This document shows positions 12,446-25,395 of a stretch of DNA of 64,000 nucleotides, piece by piece. Source of the DNA: Camelus dromedarius (Eukaryota); the NCBI RefSeq assembly GCF_036321535.1, contig NC_087437.1:8680001-8744000 (forward strand). Reading direction: 5' to 3'. A model generated the notes under the pieces. The model was not told the origin of the DNA. It searched no databases and saw only the letters and a program-made list of their open reading frames with translations. Each line of letters begins with the position of its first letter. The stretch's first letter is position 1. A program made the position numbers and the translations under genes.

Positions 12446-14035
12446 TCATAAGCATTTTCTGAATAAACGTTTACTCTTATTATCACTGTTATTATTGTTT
12501 AACCTTCTGAAAATGGGTTTTTAGTGCTGGGTAAATCTACTGTGCTAAGTATTGTATGGTTCTGTAAAGTCAGTAATTAAACTATTGTCAGTAGATAATT
12601 TTTTTTTCATCTGGAAGAAATTGGGGGTTCTATTTTACTAATTATTAAATACAAAAAACTGGAAAGAGGTGTTTTCTGGGGGCAGGGGGTGGGAGAATGG
12701 TCATCATTATTTATACAAAGTACTTTAATTTACTCTTAAACATAAAAGATAGATGTAGGAATATTAACGTGCAAAAGAGTTAGCATAGGGTGTTTTTCCC
12801 CAAGGAAATGACTGTCACCATGAATAACTGTTAAGATCAGACCTTAGAGAAAGGTTGTTATTTAGGACCTAAAACCAGAATATTCAGGTGCACCATAAAC
12901 ATTTTTATTCCCAAAACAGTGTTGCACAGCATGTCACTATTTTAGAGATTGGTGGCTGAGCCAAAATTCTGCTATATGTAAGTAAAATGGGTGCAGAAGT
13001 GGGAATTCATGACCCTCATGTCTCCAGTGAATCACCAAACCAGCAAAGTCTTGCTATTGTTCATCCAGATTGGCGTGTTTATGGCGCCTTGACATTGCCG
13101 TTTATGATTCTACAGAAAATATGGCAAGAATGGTTTTGCCTCAGGTCAAGGGCCGTAAGAGGTCTATACAATGCTGAATGGTGAATAGGAATAGATAGAA
13201 AAAAAGGTAGTCTTCTAAAATCTGCAAAGGAATGGAAGAAATCTACCCCTGACTGTTGACTTCTGTGCTACCTCTGTGCGTTTGGGCAATTCCCTCATTT
13301 TCCTGTTCTCAGTTTATTCATCTCCAAACTGTGAGTGATTGAATTAAGTGAAGACCAGGGTCTTCTGCCTGTAATAGTCATCAGTGATACAATTTATAGC
13401 CATGGCTTGTCTAGGACATCTTCATCTAATAGGGGCAGATGTTAGCATTGCAGATTTCTACGCTCTTGCACAGACCCGGCAAAGCAAAGTCAGAAGTGGA
13501 GAAGGGGTATGGGGTTCAGAAATTTTTATTTAAAAATAAACCGAAAACCTCATTTTTGGGTGAGTCATAAGCACAGTTATGCTCAGGAAACAGTTCTTGT
13601 GTTCTCAAGATTTCCCAATATTAAATATGAGGGCATTTCATTTCATTTTTTTTTTTTTTTTGTAGACTTGAGAAATATCACACTGAGGAAACACCAACAC
13701 TTTAAAAATACTAGGAGTTGAAGAGATTCGACTCATTTGTTCTCATCTCCTTTCTTCTGTACTGGTGTGGAAATCATCAGAGGCACAACCTTGCTCACAT
13801 AATCTTTGTCAAGCTCAGGTCTTACAGCATTTAAGGTCTTGCAATCATTCAATCAACACCAAAACTTTCATGGGGATTAGTTACTTAAGGTAGATACTCC
13901 AACATCTGCTTCATTTTGGGAATTCGGTTTCTCTCTCTGACATCCTATCATATATTATGGGAAGCAGAGTGGTGACTGAGCCAGGCAATGAGATAGACGG
14001 ATATGATTGTGTTCTTGGTGTGAAAAAAATGTCCT

Positions 14036-14182
14036 TGTGTGTGTGTGGGGGGTGGGGGTGTGTGTGTATACATGCAGGTATAGATAGATAGGTAGGTAGA
14101 TAGATAGATAGATATAGAGATATATATAGATGGATGGATGGATAAATAGATAGATAGACAGACAAACAGGCAAACAGACAGA
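14036..14182. repeat. Compound microsatellite (GT)n/(TAGA)n/(TGGA)n
   Basis: Directly visible. Confidence 0.9.
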
Positions 14183-15819
14183 TATTTACCCACATAATTA
14201 TCAAGTGAAGGTGTTTGGATTGCCCCTTACATTTCCAGTCGGATTCCTGGGCTGCCAGTGTTAATTTTTATTTGGTTTGAGGGGCATGATTTATGTGCTA
14301 AGGAAGATGAGAGATCCAGAGATCTGCTTCTCCAGGACAACTCTCTGCAGACCATTTTGATATATAAAGTGCTTTGAGTTGATGTCTTCTGAACGTTTCT
14401 GTGAGATGAGCAGCACAGCCATTCCAACCCCATTAGACCAATGAAGAATTTCACTGACTATAGGCTTTTCCAGTTTGATGCAGAACTAAGCCAAAAATTA
14501 TTGTCAAGTCTTTTGGCTTTGAACGTGGCACTCTGTCTTCCATGCCCTAGTCATGCCACAGTTCAGACGCTTTCCCACATTTTCCTTAACTTTAGTCTTA
14601 AAATCAAAAACATCTGTGTACTTGGAGTGAAGGGAGCAGAGTTATCGTACTGACTTTATTGATAATTTATTCAAACCTCCCCACTTTGATGGCTACTGTA
14701 CTGACCCCATGGTGCGAAATTACTAGCAGAAAATTGACTGCAGCAGAAAGTAGGCTTCAGCACATCCATTAAAGGGATCCCAGGGAGAGGGAACGGCATA
14801 ATGAGATCTCACTTTGCTTAGAAAGAAGTCAGTGCTAACTTCCAAAAGAACAAAAAGCCCTTCTGTCTGTTCTCTTTCTCCATTCCTTCTGCCACTGCTT
14901 CGGTCTGGGCTCTGCTCAGGGCTTATCTGACCCATAGCAGTCACCAGAAAACAAATCTGTATTGAAAGAAGGAATGATTGAACTACAGCAAATGTCTCTT
15001 AATTGATTTTAGCCTCCTTTCTTTTTGAAAAAGATTTGCAAGTGGCAACACCAGGACTCGAACCATGGTTAGAGAGGTCCAGAGTACACGCTTTCAGCAA
15101 CGCATTCTGCTGCTCCCAGGTCTCTAGTCAGTTTCACGGTCCACATAACAGACTTGAGGGACATGGCTGTTACAGCAGCAGCAAGGAGCTCTTTAACACT
15201 TATTTATCATTTGTAAAATCCAGTTTTCGACAATCCCTGAACACCATTGGGCTACCATACTGACATTTCCTAGGCAGGAAAACTACCATATTCCGTGAGG
15301 TTTTTAGTCAGGTTCCTGGTACTTCCTGAATGTTTAGCTGCTGCTTCTTGCTTTGCTTAGATCATGACTTCACAAAGAGGAATCTTTAAGAATTGAAGAT
15401 TCAGTTCCGTGAGGATACAGACACAGCCCTAGACAGGGCAGGACTTGCCAACCTGCTCTGTGCCGGGGGCACTTTTGGAAACTCTTCAATCTCTCCTTTG
15501 GGGAGAAGACTGCTTACTATTCCTTTATAATCTGCCACCCTCTCTGCAGGACAGTAACCTCACAGAGATCAGGGAAAAGCAAAGCCAGTCCAGCTGCCTT
15601 TTGCTTCCTTTACTCAGCTCAGCTAGGTCACTCACCAGTGGTGACTGGGAAGGGGTGTTGTGTAATTATAACAGGTCCGTAGAGGACCCTCAGTATTGGC
15701 ATTGATTAAAGACAGTAATATGCCACCAGCAACTTTGCTGACCACCAACCATCCCTTGCCACAACGTTGATTTTGAAAAGGGCTCAAAGTCATAGAAAAG
15801 CAGCATTTTTAGTTACATG

Positions 15820-16396
15820 AAAATAATATATACATAATATATAATAAACATCTAATATTAATTATTAGATATAATATATAATATACAATGCATATATGTA
15901 TATATAGATTCTTTTTCGTATTCTTTTCCATCGCAGGTTATTACAAGATATTGAGTGTCCACAGTAGGTACACAGTAGGTCTTTGTTTATCTATTTTATA
16001 TACAGTAGTGTTATCTGTTAATCACAAGCTCTCAATTTATCCCCCTTCCTCCCTTTCCCCTTTGGTAGCCACACATTTGTTTTCTATGTCTGTGAGTCTG
16101 TTTCTGTTTGTAAATAAGTTCTTTTATATCATATTTTACATTCCATGTATAAGTGCTGTCATATGATATTTGCCTTTCTCTGTCTTACTTCACTTAGTAT
16201 GATCATCTCTAGGTCCATCCTTATTGCTGCAAATGGCATTATTTCATTTTTTTTTCAATGGCTGAGTAGTATTCCATTGTATAAATATACTACAACTTCT
16301 CTATCCAGTCATCTGTTGATGGACATTTAGGTTGCTTCCTTGTCTTGGTTATTGTAAATGTGTTGCTATGAACCTTGAGGTGCGTGTATCTTTTGT

Positions 16397-16485
<89 letters not shown>

Positions 16486-16640
16486 ACTGAAGTATAGTCA
16501 GTTTACAATGTTGTGTCAATGTGTGCATCTTTTTGAATTAGAGTTTCCTCCAGATATATGCCCAGGAGTAGGATTGCTAGATCATATGGTCACTCTATTT
16601 TTAGCTTTTTAAGGACCCTCCATACCATTTTCCATGGTGG
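15820..16640 (-). mobile_element. 5'-truncated L1 3' end containing a nested micro-insertion
   Basis: ctgtgagtctgtttctgtttgtaaataagttc; ggctgagtagtattccattg; gatggacatttaggttgcttcc. Confidence 0.9.
16395..16520 (-). mobile_element. Ultra-short L1 3' terminus (about 35 nt) with a poly(A)/(TA)n/(CA)n tail
   Basis: tttttactgaagtatagtcagtttacaatgttgtgtcaat flanked by gcgtgtatctttt (16382-16394) and gtgtgcatctttt (16521-16533). Confidence 0.8.
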
Positions 16641-16869
16641 TCCTGATTTTATTTTTTATTTGAAGGAAGCCTTAAAAATCTAGTCACTTCCTGTTTTCTC
16701 TTTGATCCAAGAGTCCCTGGGGAAGGTCAACCTTGAATCATCTGGGGGAATGTGGTTCATCTAGGATGGGTCAATGTCTGGACTGGGAAGAGGAAATGAG
16801 CAAATTATATTGCAGAGCAAAACTTTTGATGACACGTTGCGATCACAATAACCCTTCTGTGTGAGGAGG

Positions 16870-17110
16870 AGCACAGAACAGCCGCACTCTGGGGTCAAAC
16901 CAAACTTTGCTCAAATAGTGGCTCTTGCATTTACCAAAATGAAAAGTTTAAAAAAAAAATTCCTGAACCTCAGTTTCCTCATCTGTAAAACAGGTGATGA
17001 TAATGTGTCTCTACATCAAAATAATAACACTTATCTTGAAGGATTGTTGTAGTGTTGGTTAAATGACTCAGTGTATGCAAAGTATCTAGAATAAAAGAAA
17101 ACATTCAAGG
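16870..17110 (+). mobile_element. MIR SINE
   Basis: MIR core ctgaacctcagtttcctcatctgtaaaacaggtgatgataat. Confidence 0.8.
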
Positions 17111-17519
17111 GGTAGCTGTCTTTCTTTTCAGGCCATTTCCAATTCATGCACTGCTCATTTTTTAAAAATGAGAGGTAAACTATAGAAGGTAAACCCTGAG
17201 TCAGTCTGAGCAAGCAAGCTTCAAATAAAAATTCAAGACACTTTCCAAAGCCAAATGTAAATGGTGGGTTTGTATTCTCTACAATTTTGGAGTATCAGTA
17301 CCCCTGCTCTTTCTCTGATATAAAATTATGTATCTACCTTCTCTTCCAAGCTATGAAATTATACTACATTTAAGATTCCTTACCTGCTATTTTCCATGTA
17401 ATACATGGTGCTTTAAATTCTAATTCATTCATTAAGTAAATAATGAATGAAATAAATTCATTCATCAAATAAATAATATGCAAGGTTATAGAGACATTTG
17501 TGGTATAAATTATGTATTG

Positions 17520-17890
17520 TTTAACTCAAAACCTATTTCCAATCCCTCCTGTCTTCCTTTGCTAACTAGGAGATTTAAACTGGACTGACATCCTCCCTTG
17601 AAGTTAAGGGTATCATGTGATACAATTCTAATGAATAAAATGCAAGTAGAAGCTGGCTTACTTCATTTAAAAAAAAAGATGTCTGCCAAAAGCATTTGGG
17701 GAAAGATACATTTTTAAGAATAGAGAAAGAGGGTAGGATATTTAAAAAAACAAAAGCTTGTGAAGCGTTTGCCATCTCATTGAAATGTGACTGATGCTTA
17801 AAGTGGAGAAGCCATCCTACCACTCAATATGCTAAAAGAATGGAGCTAAAATATGGGAAGGACCTAAGTCTTGACATCACCAATGAACGT
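17520..17890 (+). mobile_element. Old ERVL-class LTR remnant (LTR16/LTR33-like)
   Basis: cctcccttgaagttaagggtatcatgtgatacaattct...gtagaag; gaagccatcct; ggaaggacctaagtcttga. Confidence 0.5.
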
Positions 17891-18102
17891 CTGAGTCAAT
17901 GCGTCAGCTCTTTATTCCATTTTCAACAAATGTTCATTGGACATTTGCATGGTGCTAACATACTCTTTTAGATTTTGGAGATACAGCAATGGAAACAACA
18001 GACAGAAATTCCTGATTTCATGGACCTTACATTCTAGTATGAGAAGTGAGACAGAAAGCAGAATTTCTAGGTATGTGTGTGTCTATGGTATGTCAAAATG
18101 GG

Positions 18103-18144
18103 AAAAAAAGAAAGAAAACAGGAAAGAAAAGGAAAGAAAGAAAG

Positions 18145-18219
<75 letters not shown>

Positions 18220-18285
18220 AAAGAAAGAAAGAAAAGGAGAAGAAAAAAGAAAAGAAAAGAAAAGAGAAGAAAAGCAAAGCAAAAG
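18103..18285. repeat. (GAAA)n microsatellite / polypurine tract
   Basis: Directly visible. Confidence 0.95.
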
Positions 18286-18789
18286 CGTTCTTAGGAGAGA
18301 ATTAAAGGAGGGAAAAGAAGGGCTAGGAAGTGCCAGGCTGTGGGCTTGTTTCACATGGGAATCGGAATCTGGAAAGCAAAAGATGGCTTGAGTTCCGGGC
18401 TTTGTGTCATACAATATAAGAGTATGTAATTAAATTAGTCCTGATGGTCACAAGGCAGATAGTGTGGGTAAACACTGGGATGAGAGGGGGCTTGCGAGGA
18501 GCAGACAGAATTTTGGGGAGCCTCTTTTTACCTGGTGATGGTGATGTGGAGGCTGGAGAAGGGGTGGTCTTATTCAGAGCCGTAGACACAGAGAGCTGCT
18601 AGGTCTCCACCTGACTCTAGCCAGGGGGTGTCAATAAATTAGGAAAAAGCCACCTACTTTCGTTTATGGCTGTACTACTTGCTACTTAAGAAAAATAGGT
18701 CATTTGTTTAAGGTCCTGTCTACTGGGTGTTCTGTGACCTGCAATTCAAAAGGTTCCTCACTGAAACAGAGGAGGCAGGAAGAGAGAAT

Positions 18790-18990
18790 AAACCAACATT
18801 TATTGAGCATGGATGTGTGTCAAACACTAGCCTATTCCATATACATGTCACTGCTGTTAATCTTCAGAATAACTCTACAGTAGATAATTTTATTATCATT
18901 TTTTTTAGCTAAGAAAATTTAAGAACTGGCTCCAGTCTTTAAGTTAGTAAGTGGTAGCCTAGATTAAAATCTGGATCTTTGTGTCTAATT
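18790..18990 (-). mobile_element. MIR SINE
   Basis: aacatttattgagcat...ttaatcttcagaataactct...gttagtaagtggtagcc. Confidence 0.65.
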
Positions 18991-19009
18991 TTCTTATTTA
19001 TTCAGTTAA

Positions 19010-19530
19010 AAAAAATTAATGAGTATTTTCTGTGTGCCAAGCATTCTGCTAGACACCTGAATTAAAAATAGTGTGGCAAGTAGAACAGAATCCTAGTTGT
19101 CTAGGAATCTCTGAGCAATGAGGAGAATGAACACAAACACAGTTGAAAGACTAGGTTTACTTAATTCCAACACTCATGAAGTGCCTGTTCTATTTTAGAA
19201 CCTGCGCAGGGCGCTGGGGTATCTAGGTGTGGATTCTCAGACGTCTAACAGAGTCCCAGCCCATTCCTGTTTTATCATCCACTGCGAGAGTTAAGCCCTA
19301 AACAAAAACTGCCAGTAAGGATTGAAGTATCTTGAAGAGGGAGGTTCAGAGCATGAAGGGACCAGAGCAGAGGGACTGATGCTGGAGAATGAATAGGTAG
19401 AGAAGGTACTGCTGTTCCCGGCAGAGAAAAGCCATGTGCATAGGTATTAAAGAAAGAAAGGACATAGGACCTTAGAGCTGGGTGTTCCAGGGTGAAAGAG
19501 GGGAGCTAAATTTGGAAAGACAGTTTGGGA
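19010..19530 (-). mobile_element. L2 fragments
   Basis: gagtattttctgtgtgccaagcattctgctag; ccaacactcatgaagtgcctg; ttcccggcagagaaaagccatgtgca. Confidence 0.55.
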
Positions 19531-20399
19531 CCAACAGCAGAGGTCAAGTGGGCCAGTTTAAATGGGTGGGGTTTTCTCCTGTTGGCAAAAATCTGTGCAC
19601 CAGGTGGGTGAAACCTTCAGATCTGGTTTTAGGACGGTAACTCTTTATGTAATCCGGGACATCATCTTTCAATAGCCAATCAATTTTTAAACATTTATTA
19701 TACTCAAGAGACTGGAGTTTCTCTTTCACAGAATGAAAAATATTCTGCCCACTCTTAAACATTGCCAAAATTACATTACATACTTAACATTTTAAAATTC
19801 CATTACCTCTGAAACTGTTTAATATGCCACTCCCTTTCTTCTGGGGAAAAGGCTCATCTTTTTCTAGATGAATAAAGGGGCCAGTCAGAATGTTTTTTGG
19901 GGAAAAAAAAAAAAGACATATATCATTCATTCCTGGTGTGCAACGGCTTCGTGATCAATTTGAGCAGCTCTCTATATTACTGTCTGGTTATTTTTCTCTC
20001 ACACGTTAAGTGTATGATGAGTGTATGATGTGTTTGGCCACAGAGATAAAATACAGTATGCTCAGAATTATTATTGCCTTCTGTTATGAGATCTAAAAAT
20101 AAGCCAAATAAAAACAAAAGCCAGCTCATGCATTTGAAAATACCAAGGCTCTTGATGTCCGATTTATCCTCACCAGGTAATTTTCCCAGGTCCTGGTTCA
20201 GCGGAGATTTGCCACCATCCGTTATCTCCTTTTATGAGCATCAGAATTGCTTTATTGTTGCAGCGCTTGGCAAAATACTTCTCTTTTCCAAGTCATCTAG
20301 ATCCGTCAAGCTGTCTAGTCCTACTACATCAGTCACTACTTTGTAGTTTATTTGGTGACAGTGACTGCCCTAAAATGATGCTGTAAAATATTCCAGGGT

Positions 20400-20580
20400 G
20401 AGGAGGCTAATTCCGCGCGGTTAATAAAACTGCGGTGATTCATCTCGCCTCGGAGCGTGCTTTTTATGCCGGACCCCGTTAGGTGGATGTGCAAAATCGG
20501 GTTGAGGTTAGCTGGAATTTATGCCATACCGAGGAGGTTACTTAATTTATATATTTACTTTCCTTCGGACCTACGTTTGA
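20400..20580. promoter_or_regulatory. CpG-rich, non-repetitive candidate enhancer / conserved non-coding element
   Basis: About 13 CpGs in about 170 bp against a CpG-depleted background; several TTTAT/ATAAA homeodomain-type motifs. Confidence 0.45.
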
Positions 20581-21029
20581 AATAAAGTATATAGTCTTCT
20601 CTCTGGGATGATACAATATATCCAGGGATGAATTCTGAACAGGCTCGGGAACTCAGGTGATAAAACAAAAGCAAAGAGGCACACACGGCAGCCCTGGGGC
20701 CTGTTTTTTGGTATCTTCTCTCTGAATCTATGCAAAGAAAAAGTGGTACCCAAAATGGTGGAGAAAGCTTTTCAGCAGGCTTTTAGAGAACCTGTGCACG
20801 AGTATTTTAATGACCTCAGTTCAAGCCAAGAGCAATAAACGTCTCAGAAAGAGGCTGTTAATGGAAAAGACCAGCGATTTCAGAGGAATTAATATTAGTG
20901 TCAGAGTCAGCTTGCTTTCTTGTAATTCGGACTTCTGTTTTAATTTGCAAACAGCCATGCAGATTGGAGCTTTCGGAGGGAGGCAGGAGACCGAGTGATG
21001 AATAGAATATGCCTGGTGCACCTTGGACC

Positions 21030-21185
21030 AGAGTTAAAACGCTAGAGTAGGGACCTGATGTCAACTATGTCATTATTTTCCTCATCTGTAAACTGGACAT
21101 TCTAGGGTGGTTTTTTAGAGTACGTTATAATGCCACTGGGAAGATCTGTCATCTGATGACAAAGTGCTTTGTAAAGCCTATATAC
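21030..21185 (+). mobile_element. MIR SINE
   Basis: ttttcctcatctgtaaactgg; aaagtgctttgtaaagc. Confidence 0.55.
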
Positions 21186-21902
21186 AATACAAATAAAGTG
21201 CATAGATAAAGCCAAAATAAATAGAAATAATGTAGAGAATTGTTTTAAAGATTTAATTAATCTAGTATATTCAGTTTCACCAGCTGGAAGCACAAATATG
21301 TTCGGATCACTTTTGCTATCTTGATTAATTACTTAGCTCTCACAGATTCTGTTAACAAGCAATCCAGTGCTCGAGACCCTCCTGCCTGTCCTGGTTCTCA
21401 AATGTTGTATGAACCCTAGTTGCTAATTCAGCCTAACGGAGTGAATTACAGCCCCTACCGGGCTTAGGGGATTGGCATCAACTCCTGCTGTGGTTCTTCT
21501 GCTGCGGCGATGTGCGGTCACTGTTGAAAATGCATCTTGCATGGCCTGAGGAATGACCATCACTGCCATGATGCCTTAGCCTTGCAGGTCCTTGCCTGAG
21601 CTGTAGCCAGGTCCACACTGGGGCTACCTAGGTGATGAAGCTTTCAGCTGCGTGCTCATTGGTAAAGACTCTGTTTGCATGGGCACTTTGAGAAGAAGTC
21701 TGTCCAGATGGACTTCCACGGGCAGCCTGCACCCTGTCTCCACGTGCTCAGTGCCAAATCTGCGGCCAGAGCATCTCAGGACTGAGATCCCCCTGTGCAG
21801 ACGTGGGGCCACTTCCCGGGGAGGACCATCCACGGGGCTTTTCCGGATGGACTGGTGATTCCGTTCTCTCCCAGAAGGCGCTCCTCGGCCCCATGTACTT
21901 AC

Positions 21903-22084
21903 TCTCCAGCAGTTTCTCTGGCTACCACATAGGTTGGCAGGATCAGCCTTTGCCAGGTGCAAGGGTCCTGGTCCTCTTTCCCCCGACGGAGGTCCTGTCT
22001 ACTCTCCTCATATTTGCCCTACCAGACACTGGGACTCAAGTGTCCTCAGATGAGTCAAAGATGCTGCACACCAAGAAGACTTCT
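21903..22084 (-). other. Candidate 182-nt non-coding exon
   Basis: Minus-strand acceptor tgtttttcatctacag| and donor gaga|gtaagt; stop codons in all three frames. Confidence 0.3.
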
Positions 22085-22604
22085 CTGTAGATGAAAAACA
22101 GCAGTTTGCACTTATTTCAGTAAGAGAAAATTCTAAGTTGTGCTTCATGAAAACCTCTGCTCTATGACTAAAAAAAATATTTTGCTGTCTTTGTTCTATT
22201 ACTTGTTCCGAGCCATTCCATGTGTTTTAAGATTTGTCTCCAAAAGAACCTTTCAACTTAGATTTCTCTAGAGAAACCTAAAAGATGTCTTTTTTTTCAC
22301 CATGCACCCTCACCCCCAATGCTGGGGCGTAGGATGTAAACATACCTATAAAAATTGGGGAAAACAAGTTATGTAGTAATGAATGCACACATATGGAGTT
22401 AAATCTAGTGTATTAGTTATGTTTCCTGAGTTGGAAATTTGCAGTCTATGCAAGAGAGGGTCCTAATCCCTTATTCTTCTAGGCTGTCATGGGTTGGAAT
22501 CCAGCCCCACCACATTCTGATCATGTTTCCTTGAGAAAAACATTTAACTTAACAGAGTTTATTTCTTCATCTTTTCCCTGTTCCGGCCTATAGAGATTTT
22601 AATG

Positions 22605-23235
22605 TCCTTTTTTTTCCTTTCTTCTTTCCTTCCTCCCTTCCTTCCTTCTTTCTTTCCTTCCTTCCTTTTTACAATTGAACTGTAGGTGATTTACAATGTT
22701 GTGTCAGTTTCTAATGATTGTTACACATATGTATATTTTTTCCATTAAATGTTGTTACAAGATATTGAATACAGTTCCCTGTGCTATACAGTAGGTCCTT
22801 GTTGTTTATCTATTTTATGTATAGTAGTTTGTATCTGCAAATCCCAAACTCTGAATTTATCCCTCCCCCTGACCAACCACGTGTTTGTTTTTGATGTCTG
22901 TGAGTCTGTTTCTGTTTTGTAAATAAGTTCACTTGCATCATTTTTAAAAGTTTCTGCATATAAGTGATATCATATGATATTTTTCTTTCTCTGTCTGACT
23001 TATTCACTTGGATTGATCATCTCTGGGCCCATCCATGTTGCTGCAAATGGCATTATTTCATTCTTTTTTTTTTGGCTGAGTAGTATTCCATTGTATAAAT
23101 ATATCACAACTTCTTTATCCAGTCATCTATTGATGAACACTTAGGTTGTTTCCATGTCTTGACCATTGTAAATAGTGCTGCTATGAACACTGAGGTCCAT
23201 GTATCTATTCAAATTAGAGTTTTCTCTGGATATAT
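22605..23235 (-). mobile_element. 5'-truncated L1 3' end with a (TTCC)n-derived tail
   Basis: tttacaatgttgtgtcagtttct; gatattgaatacagttccctgtgctatacagtagg; ORF2 C-terminal DNA. Confidence 0.9.
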
Positions 23236-23269
23236 ATTTTTAATCATTAAATACTGACACTTCTTTTTC

Positions 23270-23720
23270 ATTTGTTCCTAATGCATCTTAAATATCTGTT
23301 GTTATTTCCATCCTTAGTTTCACTGTGAAAACTCAACCCTTCATCATCTCTTGTCCACATCACTATGGGGTGCCCTCCTGACCACTTCTTCCCAGGCCTG
23401 CTCCTCTCCATTCCATCTGCCATCCTGCAGAGAGCGGTCAACCTAGACTTCTCATCTCACTATGTTCCATTTCTCTCTTCAGTGAGTCCCTACCATCCTC
23501 ACACAAAGCCAAGCATGTCTTGCCCCACTTACCTGCCACTTCTCCCATTTTATAATTTTTTAAAAATTTCCCCTTGATTTTAAAAATTTCTCCCACATAC
23601 TCTATCATTTCTTGTCTCCATTTCTTTGCCTGATCTGCATGTCTCCATGGAATTCTCCTCTCCTTTTCCCATCATTGATTAAATCTTCCTTACTGTTTAA
23701 GACTCAACTCAGCTAGCTAC
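23270..23720 (+). mobile_element. L2 fragment (continues at about 24390-24540)
   Basis: ttcatcatctcttgtccacatcactat; ttaagactcaactcag; downstream ttagcacatagtagaaagtcagtaa...gaatgaat. Confidence 0.6.
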
Positions 23721-23755
23721 CCCTTCTCAAGCCCCATAATATGGTTGGACAGTTT

Positions 23756-24375
23756 TTTTTTTTTAAATTGAATTATAGTCAGTTACAATGTGTCAATTTC
23801 TGGTGTACAGCATAATGTTTCAATCATACATATACATACATATATTTGTTTTCACATTCTTTTTCATTAATGTTTGCTACAGATATTGAATATAGTTCTC
23901 TGTGCTATAGAGAAGAATTTTTGTTTTTTATCTATTTTTATATATAGTAGTTAATATTTTCAAATCTCAAACTCCCAATTTATCCCTTCCCACCCTCTCT
24001 TCCCCTGGTAACCATAAGATTGTTTACTATATCTGTGAGTCTGTTTCTGTTTTATAGATGAGTTCATTAGTGTCTTTTTTCTTTTTTTAGATTCCATGTA
24101 TGAGTGATACCATATGGTATTTTTCATTCTCTTTCTGGCTTACTTCACTTAGAATGACGATCTCCAGGTCCATCCATGTTGTTGCAAATGGCATTATTTT
24201 ATTCTTTTTTATGGCTGAGTAATATTCCATTGTATAAATATACCACAACTTCTTCATCCAGTCATTTATCAGTGAACATTTGGGTTGTTTCCATGTCTTG
24301 GTTATTGTAAATAGTGCTGCTATGAACATTGGGGTGTATGTATCTTTTTGAATTAGAGTTCCCTCTGGATATTTG
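23756..24375 (-). mobile_element. 5'-truncated L1 (ORF2 C-terminus + 3' UTR)
   Basis: ORF 24087-24329 MFIAALFTITKTWKQPKC...YYSAIKKNKIMPFATTWMDLE; TSD-like ggttggacagttt (23743) / ggctggccagttt (24376). Confidence 0.93.
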
Positions 24376-25199
24376 GGCTGGCCAGTTTGCTATCACTGCA
24401 TTGCCGTATGATTTCATCACTGTGTTTCTCCTCTAGTAGAGGATGAGTGATTTGAGGGTAGAGATTCTCTTTTCAAAAATTTCTCGTCAGGGATTAGCAC
24501 ATAGTAGAAAGTCAGTAACTGTAAGCTAAGGGAATGAATCTGTAACATGGAAGCCAGAACATCTGCAGCAAAGGTTTATCATGAGACTTCAGTGATGTGT
24601 CTGTTGAAGTGGCCAGATTTTCACCTTCTTTGCACGGCAGGCACTCAGTGCATGTTTTATTTCCTCCCACTTACAATGAGCTGCACAAGACACATTACAT
24701 ACTGCTTAGAGTTCATGAAGGAAGGTTTGTAAGTGAACCCATGCTTTCTGTTATGTTTCTTCTAAACCCTGCTGGACATTCTTTTGACTACTGGTCTTCA
24801 CACTTACCTATTAGAAGATTTTTTATAAAACATTGTTCATAATAATATTGCAGGGTGGCAGTTTTATCAAAAGGTAGTAAACCCTAAATTGATTGCCACT
24901 GGATCCTATTTCTCTTCTGTAACTGATCTCATTGTCACCCCAGTGTTCTACTCCGCAGTCTGACTGTGTTCTGACATGGAAGATAAATCACTTCTCAGGT
25001 CTGCTGTGTGGTTCTGTGTTATTCTGTGGAACCCCAGGTAGGATGACTCCAAGGTAGCTCAAACTAGCCAGTGGGGAAAGATAGAAGCACTTGGGAAAGT
25101 AGAAACGTTTGTATATCTGAGTCATTTTCACAGGATTTCTGTCTCTTTTTCTCATTTTTCTTTTTTCCAAGAAGCAGAAATGAGTGGTACCCTTCTGTC

Positions 25200-25395
25200 T
25201 CTGGGCGGGAACTCTACCACTTACTAGCTGTATAACTCTGGCAACACCTTTAACCCCCCTGAGCTTCAGTCTCTTGTCTATAGAAATGGAATAATGATGC
25301 TCATCTTTTCTACTCTACAGAGTTATTGGAAAAGTATGTATGAAAGCCCTTTTTAAACCACAAAGCACAATGAAGAGGTAAGGGGCTACTATTAA
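25200..25395 (+). mobile_element. MIR SINE
   Basis: ctctaccacttactagctgtataactctggca...ctgagcttcagtctcttgtctatagaaatggaataat. Confidence 0.8.

Noticed and set aside
17937..18414. K/E/R-rich and F/L/S-rich ORFs of 64-122 aa
   Set aside because: They are translations of the (GAAA)n microsatellite.
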